Shown here: positions 9,179 through 18,367 of the stretch, one piece after another
How positions within the stretch are numbered: position 1 is the first letter of the stretch
How the letters are laid out: the number at the start of each line of letters is the position of its first letter
Origin: PVC group bacterium
GTDB taxonomy: Bacteria > Auribacterota > Erginobacteria > Erginobacterales > Erginobacteraceae
Reading direction: 5' to 3'
NCBI GenBank assembly: GCA_043804695.1
Contig: JAZDIV010000043.1
Location: forward strand, 9,027-73,026
Length of the DNA: 64,000 nucleotides
Notes under the pieces: generated by a model
What the model was told of the DNA's origin: nothing
The model's database searches: none
The model's input: the letters and a program-made list of their open reading frames with translations, nothing else
Translations under genes and position numbers: made by a program

Positions 9179-10117
9179 ATGAAAACGCCATCCAGGGGCC
9201 TGAACGGTGACGAACGCTGCCCGGTCTGCGATTCTAAAATGGTGCGGCTTCTCTACATGGGCATTGACAAGGTGGCATCGAGATACGGCTCGGACACCCG
9301 GTTTAGAGTTCGCTTGAACAAATGCAAATCGTGCGGAATGCTCTTTCTCGGGAAAGCCGATTATGACCCGGAACGGATCCATAAAGCGTACTGGAAAATG
9401 CTCACGGAAAATTTATCCGATGATTATTCAGTCCCCACGCAACACCGGAAGTTATTACCGAAGCTGGTAAACGACTACCGGAAAACAAATCGGCTTTTCG
9501 AGATCGGCTGCGGAGACGCTACTCTTTTACGCACATTCCAGGCATCCGGGTGGGAGGTGGAAGGGATCGATATTTCGGAGCAGGCAAGCGCTCTCGCCTG
9601 GGATAAATATGGACTGAAGGTACTGTGCGGACAGCTTGATGAAAAAACAGCCCGGCAACTGGGAGACCATTCATTCGATGTCGTGGTTATGTGGGGCCTG
9701 ATTGAACATCTCCCTGACCCGCGGAAGATGCTGCAGCTATCGCGGTTGCTATTGAGGAAGGGGGGCGCTCTTATTATCTACACCACGAATGCCAAAAGCA
9801 TATTCTATCGCCTGGCCCGTATCTCTTATTATTTGTCACTGAAACAATTTTCTTTTCTCATGGAGCGGGTTATTATCGCGATGCATTATCTGTATTTTTC
9901 GAGAGAAACGATGCGCTATTTCCTTCAGAGCGGTGATCTCAAAGTAAGAGAGATCATTATGACGGACATCGATCTGGATTTCATCTTTAAGGCACACGGT
10001 CATCTCTGGTGGTCTAACCGGTTCTTTCTGGTCCTGACCCATATTGTTCAACAAATCGGGACTCTGGGCAACATGAGCAGTCATATGATAGCCCTGGCGG
10101 AGGCAAGTTCAACCTGA
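9179..10117 (+). CDS. SAM-dependent methyltransferase with N-terminal Cx2C...Cx2C zinc ribbon
   Basis: 312 aa. Motifs are CPVCDS...CKSCG, then LFEIGCGDATLL and VVVMWGLIEHLPDP. Confidence 0.85.
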   Translation: MKTPSRGLNGDERCPVCDSKMVRLLYMGIDKVASRYGSDTRFRVRLNKCKSCGMLFLGKADYDPERIHKAYWKMLTENLSDDYSVPTQHRKLLPKLVNDYRKTNRLFEIGCGDATLLRTFQASGWEVEGIDISEQASALAWDKYGLKVLCGQLDEKTARQLGDHSFDVVVMWGLIEHLPDPRKMLQLSRLLLRKGGALIIYTTNAKSIFYRLARISYYLSLKQFSFLMERVIIAMHYLYFSRETMRYFLQSGDLKVREIIMTDIDLDFIFKAHGHLWWSNRFFLVLTHIVQQIGTLGNMSSHMIALAEASST

Positions 10118-10152
10118 TCGGCAACTGCCTATTCTACAATCATCGCTTCTTT

Positions 10153-11046
10153 ATGACGGCACCAAATGCAATCTGTCCGATCTGCAGTTCCCAGATCGTC
10201 TCTCCCTATTACCGGAGGAACCGGGAATTCCCGGTAAAAAGCTTCACTCCTTCGGTCAGTGACTTCGGGATTTTTTACAACCTCCACCGTTGTGACGGCT
10301 GTCACACGGTTTTCGCCTCTGAGATGCCATCCGCACAGGAACTGGCAAACGTTTACCAATCCTCCCACCCTGATGGATATCTTCTGGAAAAAAAGAACCG
10401 GCAGCGGAATTTCCAGCGCCTGATCAAGACGTTAGCCAAATACGTAGACCATAATAAGCAGGTAAAGTTGCTGGATGTGGGGGCTTCCATCGGGCTGTTT
10501 CTGGAGACGGTCCATGTCATATTCCCCCACTGGGAACTCCTCGGAGTCGAGGCAAGCTCAACGGCCACTGAAATGGCCGCGCGGCGGTACGGGATCAAAC
10601 TCATCCAGGGGATGTTCGAAACCATCGACCTCTTGCCGGATAATCAGGACATCATCACCATGCTGGATCTGATCGAACACGTCCGCTCGCCGCTCGAAGT
10701 AATCTGCCAGGCAAACCGGCTCCTAAAATCCGGGGGGATTCTAGTGATCAGCACCCCCAACATCGAAAGTTGGACGTCACGTCTCTTCCGGAGCCACTGG
10801 TGGGGCTTCCGGTGCATGCACACGCTTTATTTTTCGCCCTTGAGCATGAAACAGATGCTTGCCAAAGGGGGATTCCGGGTAATTACGATGCGAGGCCTGA
10901 TCCGTTTATTCACTCTCCGGTACTGTCTCCGCCACCTGGGATGGCCCATCCAGGGGCCGTCCATCAGCATCCCTTTTCCTCTTTCCCTGGGAGACATGCT
11001 GGTGATCGCCCGCAAGGAGAGCTCGGTCTTCCCTCAAACAGTCTGA
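10153..11046 (+). CDS. SAM-dependent methyltransferase with N-terminal Cx2C...Cx2C zinc ribbon (paralog of 9179..10117)
   Basis: 297 aa. Motifs are CPICSS...CDGCH, then LLDVGASIGLFLE and ITMLDLIEHVRSP. Its stop lies 4 nt before the next start. Confidence 0.85.
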   Translation: MTAPNAICPICSSQIVSPYYRRNREFPVKSFTPSVSDFGIFYNLHRCDGCHTVFASEMPSAQELANVYQSSHPDGYLLEKKNRQRNFQRLIKTLAKYVDHNKQVKLLDVGASIGLFLETVHVIFPHWELLGVEASSTATEMAARRYGIKLIQGMFETIDLLPDNQDIITMLDLIEHVRSPLEVICQANRLLKSGGILVISTPNIESWTSRLFRSHWWGFRCMHTLYFSPLSMKQMLAKGGFRVITMRGLIRLFTLRYCLRHLGWPIQGPSISIPFPLSLGDMLVIARKESSVFPQTV

Positions 11047-11049
11047 TCC

Positions 11050-12549
11050 ATGAATACGATCCGTTTTCAACGATTCACCGCCAGGATAGATAATTATTTC
11101 TACCAGGTAGTGTTTGCTATCTCCTTCCTCTATGTCCTGACCCTAATCTCAAATTATGATATCAACTGGACCCATCCGGAAGTGGCAAAAATCCAGATCC
11201 CCGGGGTGGTAAAAAATGGGACAGCAATTGTCCCGGGGGATTTATTGAGGGGGTTTGACGTTTTAAGTTTCGAATACGGTGGACGGTCCCGCTTCGTTTC
11301 CTATTTCTTCCAGACGTTCAACATCAAGATCCGTCTCCTGCTGCTCCGGTTCATCCCCCCACACCCCAGTTTTTCACTCACCTGGATATTAACCCTGATT
11401 CTCTGCCCGATCCTCTTCTTCAAACTCATCCATGACCTGAGCGGCGACCGCACTACCGCGTGGGCCGGCGCATCCCTGTTCCTGCTTTCCACGGGAACGT
11501 TATCCGGAATAACCATGTTTTTTCACCCGGCGAAACCACTGGCCCTTTTTTTCACTCTTTTATGCTGCTACCTGGGTTCCAGACTCAGCCAGTATGCGCA
11601 ACGCGAGGAGTATTTCTCGAAAAGATATATCCTGCTTCTGATCATCCTGCTCGGCACTATGTTCGCAGCCTGTTTTACAGACGAGGCGGCCTGGTACATC
11701 TTCATCTGCGTACCGATCCTGGCTCCCGGGATGTTCCGGAACAAGCGGTGGGGACTGTTGACAATCGGGCTCTGCTTTTCGATGTTTATCATATTTTTTC
11801 TCTTCGTTACCTACCTGGTACCGATCATTACGAAACAGCTTTTCGGACAGAATTCTTTCAACTTCTGGCGGATGGCTTTGATCAAGGGAGACAGGTCGGT
11901 GTGGGATAATTACAGGTTAACAAACACATTTATCAACGCCTGGTATATTATTATAAGCCAGCTGGTGCCGCCCGGGAAATTTTTCAGCCACAACATACCC
12001 ATCAGAACTCTCTATTTATTCGTGCTCTCGACATACCTGGTTTGCGCCTTCATTGGATTATCCTCCGATAGAAAGAAAACAGTGCTGCGAGGGTTGGTCG
12101 CCCTGGTGCTCTTTTTCATCTTTCAATCGCTGATCCTGGCGAAAAGGGGGAAAGGGCTCATTGATAGTTCTTTTTACTACGGGAACTTGACCTCCATCTT
12201 CTTAATCCTGCCGCTGGCAATACTGCTTTCGGCGGGAAAAGAGCCTTTAAAAACTCTCAATAAAATTGTCCTCATAACCCTCCTCTTAATCTATTCTTAT
12301 AACTTCACGGGTATCAATTATCGCTGGATGCGGAATCATGAAGGACAACGGGGCTATGGTTATCGAAAATACTTTCCCGAAGAAGCGAAAAAGATGGGAA
12401 GGAATAAATTAACTTATCCCCTGGTAAAAATGGCCTGGGAGAAACGCCATGACCGGGAAGCTCTGGAGGAGATGAAGCCCCTCTTCCCTCTGAAAGCCCA
12501 CTGGCTCTTCCTCGAACTGAACTGTGTCTATAATCCCGGAGATGATTAA
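11050..12549 (+). CDS. Polytopic membrane protein of unknown function, possibly GT-C-like (family B, copy 1)
   Basis: 499 aa. It is a paralog of the N-terminal 480 aa of 56965..59022, sharing WxHPE, DLLRGFD, R[ST]RF[VL]SY, SL[ST]W[IV] and MFFHPxKPL. It is visibly AT-richer than the neighbouring family A and C genes. Confidence 0.5.
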   Translation: MNTIRFQRFTARIDNYFYQVVFAISFLYVLTLISNYDINWTHPEVAKIQIPGVVKNGTAIVPGDLLRGFDVLSFEYGGRSRFVSYFFQTFNIKIRLLLLRFIPPHPSFSLTWILTLILCPILFFKLIHDLSGDRTTAWAGASLFLLSTGTLSGITMFFHPAKPLALFFTLLCCYLGSRLSQYAQREEYFSKRYILLLIILLGTMFAACFTDEAAWYIFICVPILAPGMFRNKRWGLLTIGLCFSMFIIFFLFVTYLVPIITKQLFGQNSFNFWRMALIKGDRSVWDNYRLTNTFINAWYIIISQLVPPGKFFSHNIPIRTLYLFVLSTYLVCAFIGLSSDRKKTVLRGLVALVLFFIFQSLILAKRGKGLIDSSFYYGNLTSIFLILPLAILLSAGKEPLKTLNKIVLITLLLIYSYNFTGINYRWMRNHEGQRGYGYRKYFPEEAKKMGRNKLTYPLVKMAWEKRHDREALEEMKPLFPLKAHWLFLELNCVYNPGDD

Positions 12550-12770
12550 TCAAGGGAGATGCGGAGGGCGAAGGGAGAACACCAGCCAGGATTCAGTAGC
12601 CGGGCCATTACCCTGCCTGCCTGATCGAACGGATCACCGGTTCCCGGAAGAGATAAAAAAATTCTCTTCGCCAGCAGGTGGGGCATGGGCTCTAAAAAGC
12701 AACCGATTGTTTTTACGAATACATGTCTTATTCGCAAAATGTGTCACAACGAAATAACAATACTTACAAT

Positions 12771-12817
12771 CACGAAGAACACCCCCGTAGGGCAACCGTA
12801 CGGGGGTGATCTTCGTG
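12771..12817. terminator. 19-bp-stem hairpin built from inverted CACGAAG units between convergent genes
   Basis: The arm cacgaagaacacccccgta (12771..12789) pairs with tacgggggtgatcttcgtg (12799..12817) with one mismatch and a 9-nt loop. Outer gaaataac/gttatttc arms extend the palindrome. Confidence 0.6.
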
Positions 12818-12871
12818 GTGAATAATTTCGTTATTTCTAATAAAGTTTTTAAAAAATTTTTAGAGTAAGGT

Positions 12872-14464
12872 CTAATTATCCGAACTAAGACTTCCCGCGC
12901 GGTCCCAGTATCGAGATGGGATATTCCTTTGCGGAAGAACGGACGGATCCATCTGATTTTTAAGCCGGTAATTAAGCGTCTCCCCGTCCGCCACCCAGGC
13001 GGCATCCCCGATAAAGGGCGTGAAGCTGAATATCTCTTCCCGGGAGAAAATCCACTGGTAGGTTCCCCGGAAGAACCGGCCCATATCTTCGTTCCAGCAG
13101 AGAGACGGAAGATAGGACGGGATCCCGTCCGGCATCGCCAGCGGTTGCTGCGGGGAAATCTCTCCCCGCTTGATCCCCCCCTGGATCCGCCCCAGGAGCG
13201 TCTTCAGGGGGGTCATCTCAGTATCAATCAGGTTCACTGCCCCCCGGACCGCGATGACATTGAAGACAACGGCCAGGATCAGCAATAAACTGATCCCCCT
13301 TCTCACCGGACCGGACCGGACCAGTCGATCGACGGCCAACGCGCCCATCAGGACCAGGAAGGCGTTGGCGATATACTGGTAACGGAACTGGAGGAAGAGA
13401 TCAGTGAAGTTTTCGGTGGTGGAACGGCCGAGCGCGAGGACGAAGAAACCGGCCGCGTACAGGAAGAAAAGCAATCCCAGGCCGGCGGGGATCTTCCGGC
13501 GCGGTCTCCGGAAGGAAGCAATCAGGACGAATAGGACAAGCGAGACCGACCCGGTCGCGGTGACGACCGTCCGCAGGAGGCCCGGGCTCCAGGCGGCGGC
13601 CGGGCCGCCCATCTCGATGTTATGGGTCACCCGCAGAGGCAAGGCCAAGAAAGGAAGCAGGTTGATCAAAATCCCGTTATAGAGGAGGTTGAAGAAGACC
13701 GAGCAGAGGCTGAGGAAGACGTCCCCGGCGCCGGGAGCGGAGAGGGAGCCTGATGTGTGGGGAGCGGTCCGGGTGACGAGAAAGACCAGCAGATACATCC
13801 AGTAAACCGCTGCGGTCATCAGCACCGCCGGGCGGCGGCGACCGGCAATCCGTCTCATTGAAATCAGGAGGAGACCGAGCGGCCAGAGAAGAAAGAGTTC
13901 CAGACAGAGGAGAGAGAAGAGAAACAGGAAGCCGATGGGAACGAGGAGCAGCTTGTTTCCGCCGTCACTGTACCGGAGATAAATGATGATCCCGAAAAGA
14001 AAGGCAGAGAAACTGAGCGGCATCGTGACATGAAAGGTCCAGGTGACAATATCGGCATGAGTGAAGAGAACGGCGAAGAGGGAGAGAAAGAGAGCCAGGG
14101 TACCCGTTCCGATGCCAAGCCGCTTTCCCAGCAGATAAAGAAGAACAATGCTCAGGAAATAACCGGCGAAGTTCACCAGGTGATAGGGGAGAAAATCCGC
14201 TCCGAAAAGGCGGTGTTCCAGGTAGAGGACCGGGTGGGCGACGGGGCGGAAGGTGCCGTCCCGCCAGGGATCGTGGTTAACGACAAATGAGAAACCAGGG
14301 GGACCGGGAGAGGCGTCAACCAGGTGGAAGGCAAAGAGCGCCGACCACCAGTCGCTCCGGGGAGGGTTCGTAAAGGAGGGGGCGAAGATGATGATGAGAA
14401 CGGCCAGAAGAAGCGCGAAGTACCCCGCGATCTTCTCTCGGGCCATATATTCATCAGCTCTCAT
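12872..14464 (-). CDS. Polytopic membrane protein, putative GT-C-fold glycosyltransferase (family C, copy 1)
   Basis: 530 aa. Motifs are FTNPPRSDWW, NHDPWRDGTFRPV...LYLEHRLFG (PMT/TMTC-like yRPL..l...FG pattern) and C-terminal LCWNEDM...GTYQWIFS. It is a paralog of 14836..16353 and 45147..46895. Confidence 0.55.
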   Translation of the reverse strand: MRADEYMAREKIAGYFALLLAVLIIIFAPSFTNPPRSDWWSALFAFHLVDASPGPPGFSFVVNHDPWRDGTFRPVAHPVLYLEHRLFGADFLPYHLVNFAGYFLSIVLLYLLGKRLGIGTGTLALFLSLFAVLFTHADIVTWTFHVTMPLSFSAFLFGIIIYLRYSDGGNKLLLVPIGFLFLFSLLCLELFLLWPLGLLLISMRRIAGRRRPAVLMTAAVYWMYLLVFLVTRTAPHTSGSLSAPGAGDVFLSLCSVFFNLLYNGILINLLPFLALPLRVTHNIEMGGPAAAWSPGLLRTVVTATGSVSLVLFVLIASFRRPRRKIPAGLGLLFFLYAAGFFVLALGRSTTENFTDLFLQFRYQYIANAFLVLMGALAVDRLVRSGPVRRGISLLLILAVVFNVIAVRGAVNLIDTEMTPLKTLLGRIQGGIKRGEISPQQPLAMPDGIPSYLPSLCWNEDMGRFFRGTYQWIFSREEIFSFTPFIGDAAWVADGETLNYRLKNQMDPSVLPQRNIPSRYWDRAGSLSSDN

Positions 14465-14538
14465 ATCCTGCTCCCATCCTTTTTCATAAACATATGCTCC
14501 TCGCTTAAGTGAGAAATTAGCGTTTCGCGCTGTCTTCC

Positions 14539-14602
14539 GTGGGAGGGGTTTTCAACCCCGATTCTGCCCACCCCAGGAATCGGGCTTAAAAAGCCCTCCC
14601 AC
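14539..14602. repeat. Palindromic GTGGGAGGG-type REP-like element
   Basis: The arm gtgggaggggttttcaaccccgattc (14539..14564) pairs with gaatcgggcttaaaaagccctcccac (14577..14602). The arms are near reverse complements and each carries its own small hairpin. Confidence 0.7.
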
Positions 14603-14835
14603 AGAAACTCATTGTCCCGATTCCTTATTCAAAATGTTCATTACCGTGCTCCCGATATATAAAGAGGAAATCCCCCAGCAGTGAGATATTCATTAAAACA
14701 GGTTTTTCCCAGCACTCCATCATTCCAATACCCCAGTTCCGCCGTCGTAGTCATGGGCTACTATGGCGAAGGCGGCTAGTCCATATTACATCAGCCCATA
14801 ATTATGCATACCCCTGATTCTACTGATCCACCCCC

Positions 14836-16353
14836 TCATCGTTTTACATACACACCCTCATTCAGGTCCATTGTCCAGTAAGCATCTCCCTGGCGCCGGC
14901 TGAAACAGGCCAGTTCCGCCGGCGAGAAGAGCCACTGGTAGGTGCCCCAGATCCTACTCCCCATCCCCCGGTTCCAGCAAAGACGGGGGAACGAGGTGGC
15001 AAATCCGTCAGGGAGATAGAGACGACGTTCGGGGGTGATCTCGCCGCGGTCCATCCCGGTCCGGATGTTCTGTAAAAGCTCCTTCAGCGGGGCGAGACAT
15101 TTGGTGACATTCTCGACGTGGCGGTGGGTATAGTAGCCGTTGACGAAAAAAACGGCCAGCAGGATGGCGAACAGGACCGCCCTCCCCTTCCGGGCGGGCC
15201 GGAGGAGAGCGGAGACGACAATCGCCGCCAGGAGTACGAGGAGGGCGTTGGGGATGAGCTGGTAGCGGAACTGGCGGAGGATGTGGCTGAAGTCACTGGT
15301 GATCGAACGGGCGGCCACCAGCAGTGAGAAGTTGCTGAGATAGAGAAAACCGAGAAAGGCGGCGGCCGCCAGGGCCCTCCATTCTTTCCTCCGGACGAGG
15401 AGGAAGACCAGCAGTCCGGCCAGGAGCAGGACAACGGCAGCGGCAGCGTACGCCAGCGGAACCAGCCAGGGCGGCTTTCCGAGGGGGATCACTCCCAACA
15501 TTTCACTGTATCCCCGGTAGCGGCCGGGATAAGCGAGAGCGGGAATGGCATTGACCCCGATACCCGTATAGAGAAGGTTGAAGAGGGAGAAGACCGCCCC
15601 GGTCAGGAAGGATATCATTGAGGGTGATGACAGCTCGCCGGGGAGGTGAGAGGCGGACCGCGTGAGCAGGAAAACCGTTCCGTAAAGAAGATACAGGACT
15701 CCGAGCAGGAAAACGGTGGAACGGATGGGCCGCCGGGGCCGGCCAGCCGGCCGGCGGGTAAAGAGCAGGATCAGGACCGCCAGGGGCCAGCAGCAGAACG
15801 TCTCGTAGCAGAGCAGGGAAAGAAAAAAAAGCAGGCCAGCGGGGAAGAGAAGGAGCGTCTTCCCTCCCTCCAGGTAACGGATGTAGAGCAGGAAGGCCCC
15901 GATGAAACCGGCGAAGCCGGCCACGAGGAAAATGTGAAAGGTCAACGACAGGACGTCGCAGTGGGAGTAGAGCACGGCCCAGACGGCCAGGAATCCCCCC
16001 AGTTCCAGCCCCCGGGCGCCCAGCCGCCGTCCCAGGCGGAAGAGGAGGATCAGGAGGAGACAGTAACAGGCAAAATCGGCGAGATGATTGAAGATGAACC
16101 GGCCCCCGAAGGCCAGGTGCTCGAGATAGAGGAGGGTGTAGGAGAGAGGCCGGAACGTGCCGTGCTGCCAGGGGTCGTGGTTGACGACGTAGGGCCAGAC
16201 CGGGAGGTCCGGGTCGGCCCGGACCTGGTGAAAGGTGAAGAACGCCTCCCAGTAGTCCACGTGAGGCGGGTTGGAGAACGTGGGCAGGATGAGGATCCCG
16301 AGGAAGAGAAAAAGGAGAGCGAAGCCGGTTACTGACGCGAGGCGCTTTCTCAT
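14836..16353 (-). CDS. Polytopic membrane protein, putative GT-C-fold glycosyltransferase (family C, copy 2)
   Basis: The track ORF starts at GTG 16362. ATG 16353 (MRKRLASV...) makes a classical ATGA overlap with the stop of 16350..18362. Motifs are FSNPPHVDYW, NHDPWQHGTFRPL and LCWNRGM...GTYQWLFS. Confidence 0.55.
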   Translation of the reverse strand: MRKRLASVTGFALLFLFLGILILPTFSNPPHVDYWEAFFTFHQVRADPDLPVWPYVVNHDPWQHGTFRPLSYTLLYLEHLAFGGRFIFNHLADFACYCLLLILLFRLGRRLGARGLELGGFLAVWAVLYSHCDVLSLTFHIFLVAGFAGFIGAFLLYIRYLEGGKTLLLFPAGLLFFLSLLCYETFCCWPLAVLILLFTRRPAGRPRRPIRSTVFLLGVLYLLYGTVFLLTRSASHLPGELSSPSMISFLTGAVFSLFNLLYTGIGVNAIPALAYPGRYRGYSEMLGVIPLGKPPWLVPLAYAAAAVVLLLAGLLVFLLVRRKEWRALAAAAFLGFLYLSNFSLLVAARSITSDFSHILRQFRYQLIPNALLVLLAAIVVSALLRPARKGRAVLFAILLAVFFVNGYYTHRHVENVTKCLAPLKELLQNIRTGMDRGEITPERRLYLPDGFATSFPRLCWNRGMGSRIWGTYQWLFSPAELACFSRRQGDAYWTMDLNEGVYVKR

Positions 16354-18362
16354 GGCGACCACCCTCCTCCCCCCCTGTCCGGAGGAGCGGCATCAGGAGA
16401 GACTGCCAGCAGATAATACCAGTAAGGCATCCGGTCCCAAAGATGGGCGAGTCGCCCCAGCGCCGGGGGAACCGGGATATCCGGGTTCCAGACCACGTAC
16501 CTGATCCCGCGCTCGCGGATAAACCGGGAGAGTTTCCCGGGATCGGCCGCCGTCGCCCGGCTCAGAAAATAGATCGGCCGGACGCCGAAGGCGGCCCCCT
16601 GGGTGAGGTGGCCCACAATCTGCTTCTGCTCCGGGAAGCTGTCCAGTTCCCCCAGGGCGACCGGCTCCCGGTTGTCAAAAACCACCCGGAAGAGGCTTCC
16701 CTTCAGCTCCGGGAGATAGTACCCCGGGGGATAGGGCTCACGGGCCGCCCGGAGGAGATGAGACGCGTGAAAAGAACCCTCCCTGGCCCCCTGGCGGGCG
16801 AGGGATATCCTCTTCACGTTGTATGAGAAACTGTACAGCCCCTCGGCCAGGAAGACGATGAGCACAGCCAGAACCCATAATCGTCCCAGCCGCCGACGCG
16901 CGGTCGAGGGTGCCCGCCAGACCTTTTCCGCGGCCAGGGCAAAAGCGGGGAGGCCGATCCCGTAAAGCCAGATGACATACCGCGCCTTGTGATTGTGCCG
17001 GGGGGGCATGGCGAAAAAAATAATCACCCCCATGACCAGGATGCCGACCCAGGCGGCGCCGGTCCCCGGTGAGAGTCCGGCCGGCCGACGGCGGATGATT
17101 ACCGCCAGGAGCCAGACCAGGGCAGGGACGCAGCCGAAGAGCCAGAGGAGGCCGAGTCCGCCCGAGTTATGCGAGACCTCCGTCATCGCCAGGTGCCACT
17201 CTCCCGGGCAATCCAACCAGCTGTAGAACAACCGGAAAAGCTGGGGCCAGTGCTTGGTGAGGGGGGTGTCGGGCGGAGGGAACTGGGAGGGGATCGCCAC
17301 CCCCGGGAAGACCTCTTTGTCCGCCAGCCGCAGGCCGATCGGGTAGAGGGGGCTGCCGGTGTGGATATAGTTCCGCAGGTACCAGTACCCTCCCACCAGG
17401 AGCGCGATCAACACCATCAGGACGATAAAGACCACTCCCCGTCGGGCACCCGCCCGGAAGGATCGCACTGCCCGGTACCAGTACACCACGAGAAGAACCG
17501 GCAGCAGCGGAAGAAGAACGACCGCGGTCCCCTTGGCGCTGAGGGAAAGACCGATAGCGCAGCCCAGGGCCGGCAAGAATTTCAGCGGATCGTGCCCGGT
17601 TTCGAGGGAGCGGATGGTGAAGGCCGCGGCCGCGAAGAGGGCGATGTAGAAAGAGGCCACCGAGGCGTCGATGTAGAGGTTGAACGCGTGCCCGATGACG
17701 GTGGGGATGAAGAGAAAGAGGATGCCGCCCAGGATGGCGGAGAGCCGGCCGGCGCCGAGAAAGCGGGTCAGGGCACTGATCCCCAGGCACCCGAGGGGAA
17801 CAATCGTGAGATTGAGGCCGTTGAGAAGGCGGCTGACCGGGACCGCCCGGAGGAAGAGAAAACCGATGCACTCAACCCCTTTCATGTACCCGTTCCATGA
17901 GTACCTGATGAGATCGTTCCAGAACGGCTCCGAGTCGGCGGTGATCCAGTGGATCCGGCCTTTCAGCGCCCAGAAATGGAGTGTGGGATTATGATACCAG
18001 AGCCCGTCGTTCTCGGCGTCCGGGAGGATATAGGCGACCGCCCAGAGAAGAAGATAAAAAAAAAGCCCCGCCCCCAGCAACCAGCCCTCCCCGGTGGTTA
18101 ACCTGACTCCGGATTGGCGACCGCCCGGCGGCTGCAGCCGCCGGCGGTAAAAAATACCGGCCACGGCCGAGGCGGCGATAATGGTCCAGGCGATTGGTAC
18201 GGACACGGGTATCCCCACCTGGCTGAAAGCGAGGGTGAGAATCGCGGCGCTCCCATAGGCAAGCAGGGCCCCCGAGAGGATGGAGAATACCTCTCCCCCG
18301 GCTTCCGGCGTGAGCCGAAAGCCGGGAGCGGGCCAAGCGTGTACTTGCCGATCGGTTGCCAT
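16350..18362 (-). CDS. Polytopic membrane protein, putative GT-C-fold glycosyltransferase (family A, copy 2)
   Basis: 670 aa with ATG checked. It shares PDAENDGLWYHNPTLHFW, WNGYMKGVE, SRLLNGLNL and AMPPRHNHKARYVIWL with 6564..8621. Confidence 0.55.
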   Translation of the reverse strand: MATDRQVHAWPAPGFRLTPEAGGEVFSILSGALLAYGSAAILTLAFSQVGIPVSVPIAWTIIAASAVAGIFYRRRLQPPGGRQSGVRLTTGEGWLLGAGLFFYLLLWAVAYILPDAENDGLWYHNPTLHFWALKGRIHWITADSEPFWNDLIRYSWNGYMKGVECIGFLFLRAVPVSRLLNGLNLTIVPLGCLGISALTRFLGAGRLSAILGGILFLFIPTVIGHAFNLYIDASVASFYIALFAAAAFTIRSLETGHDPLKFLPALGCAIGLSLSAKGTAVVLLPLLPVLLVVYWYRAVRSFRAGARRGVVFIVLMVLIALLVGGYWYLRNYIHTGSPLYPIGLRLADKEVFPGVAIPSQFPPPDTPLTKHWPQLFRLFYSWLDCPGEWHLAMTEVSHNSGGLGLLWLFGCVPALVWLLAVIIRRRPAGLSPGTGAAWVGILVMGVIIFFAMPPRHNHKARYVIWLYGIGLPAFALAAEKVWRAPSTARRRLGRLWVLAVLIVFLAEGLYSFSYNVKRISLARQGAREGSFHASHLLRAAREPYPPGYYLPELKGSLFRVVFDNREPVALGELDSFPEQKQIVGHLTQGAAFGVRPIYFLSRATAADPGKLSRFIRERGIRYVVWNPDIPVPPALGRLAHLWDRMPYWYYLLAVSPDAAPPDRGGGGWSP

Positions 18363-18367
18363 CGGAC

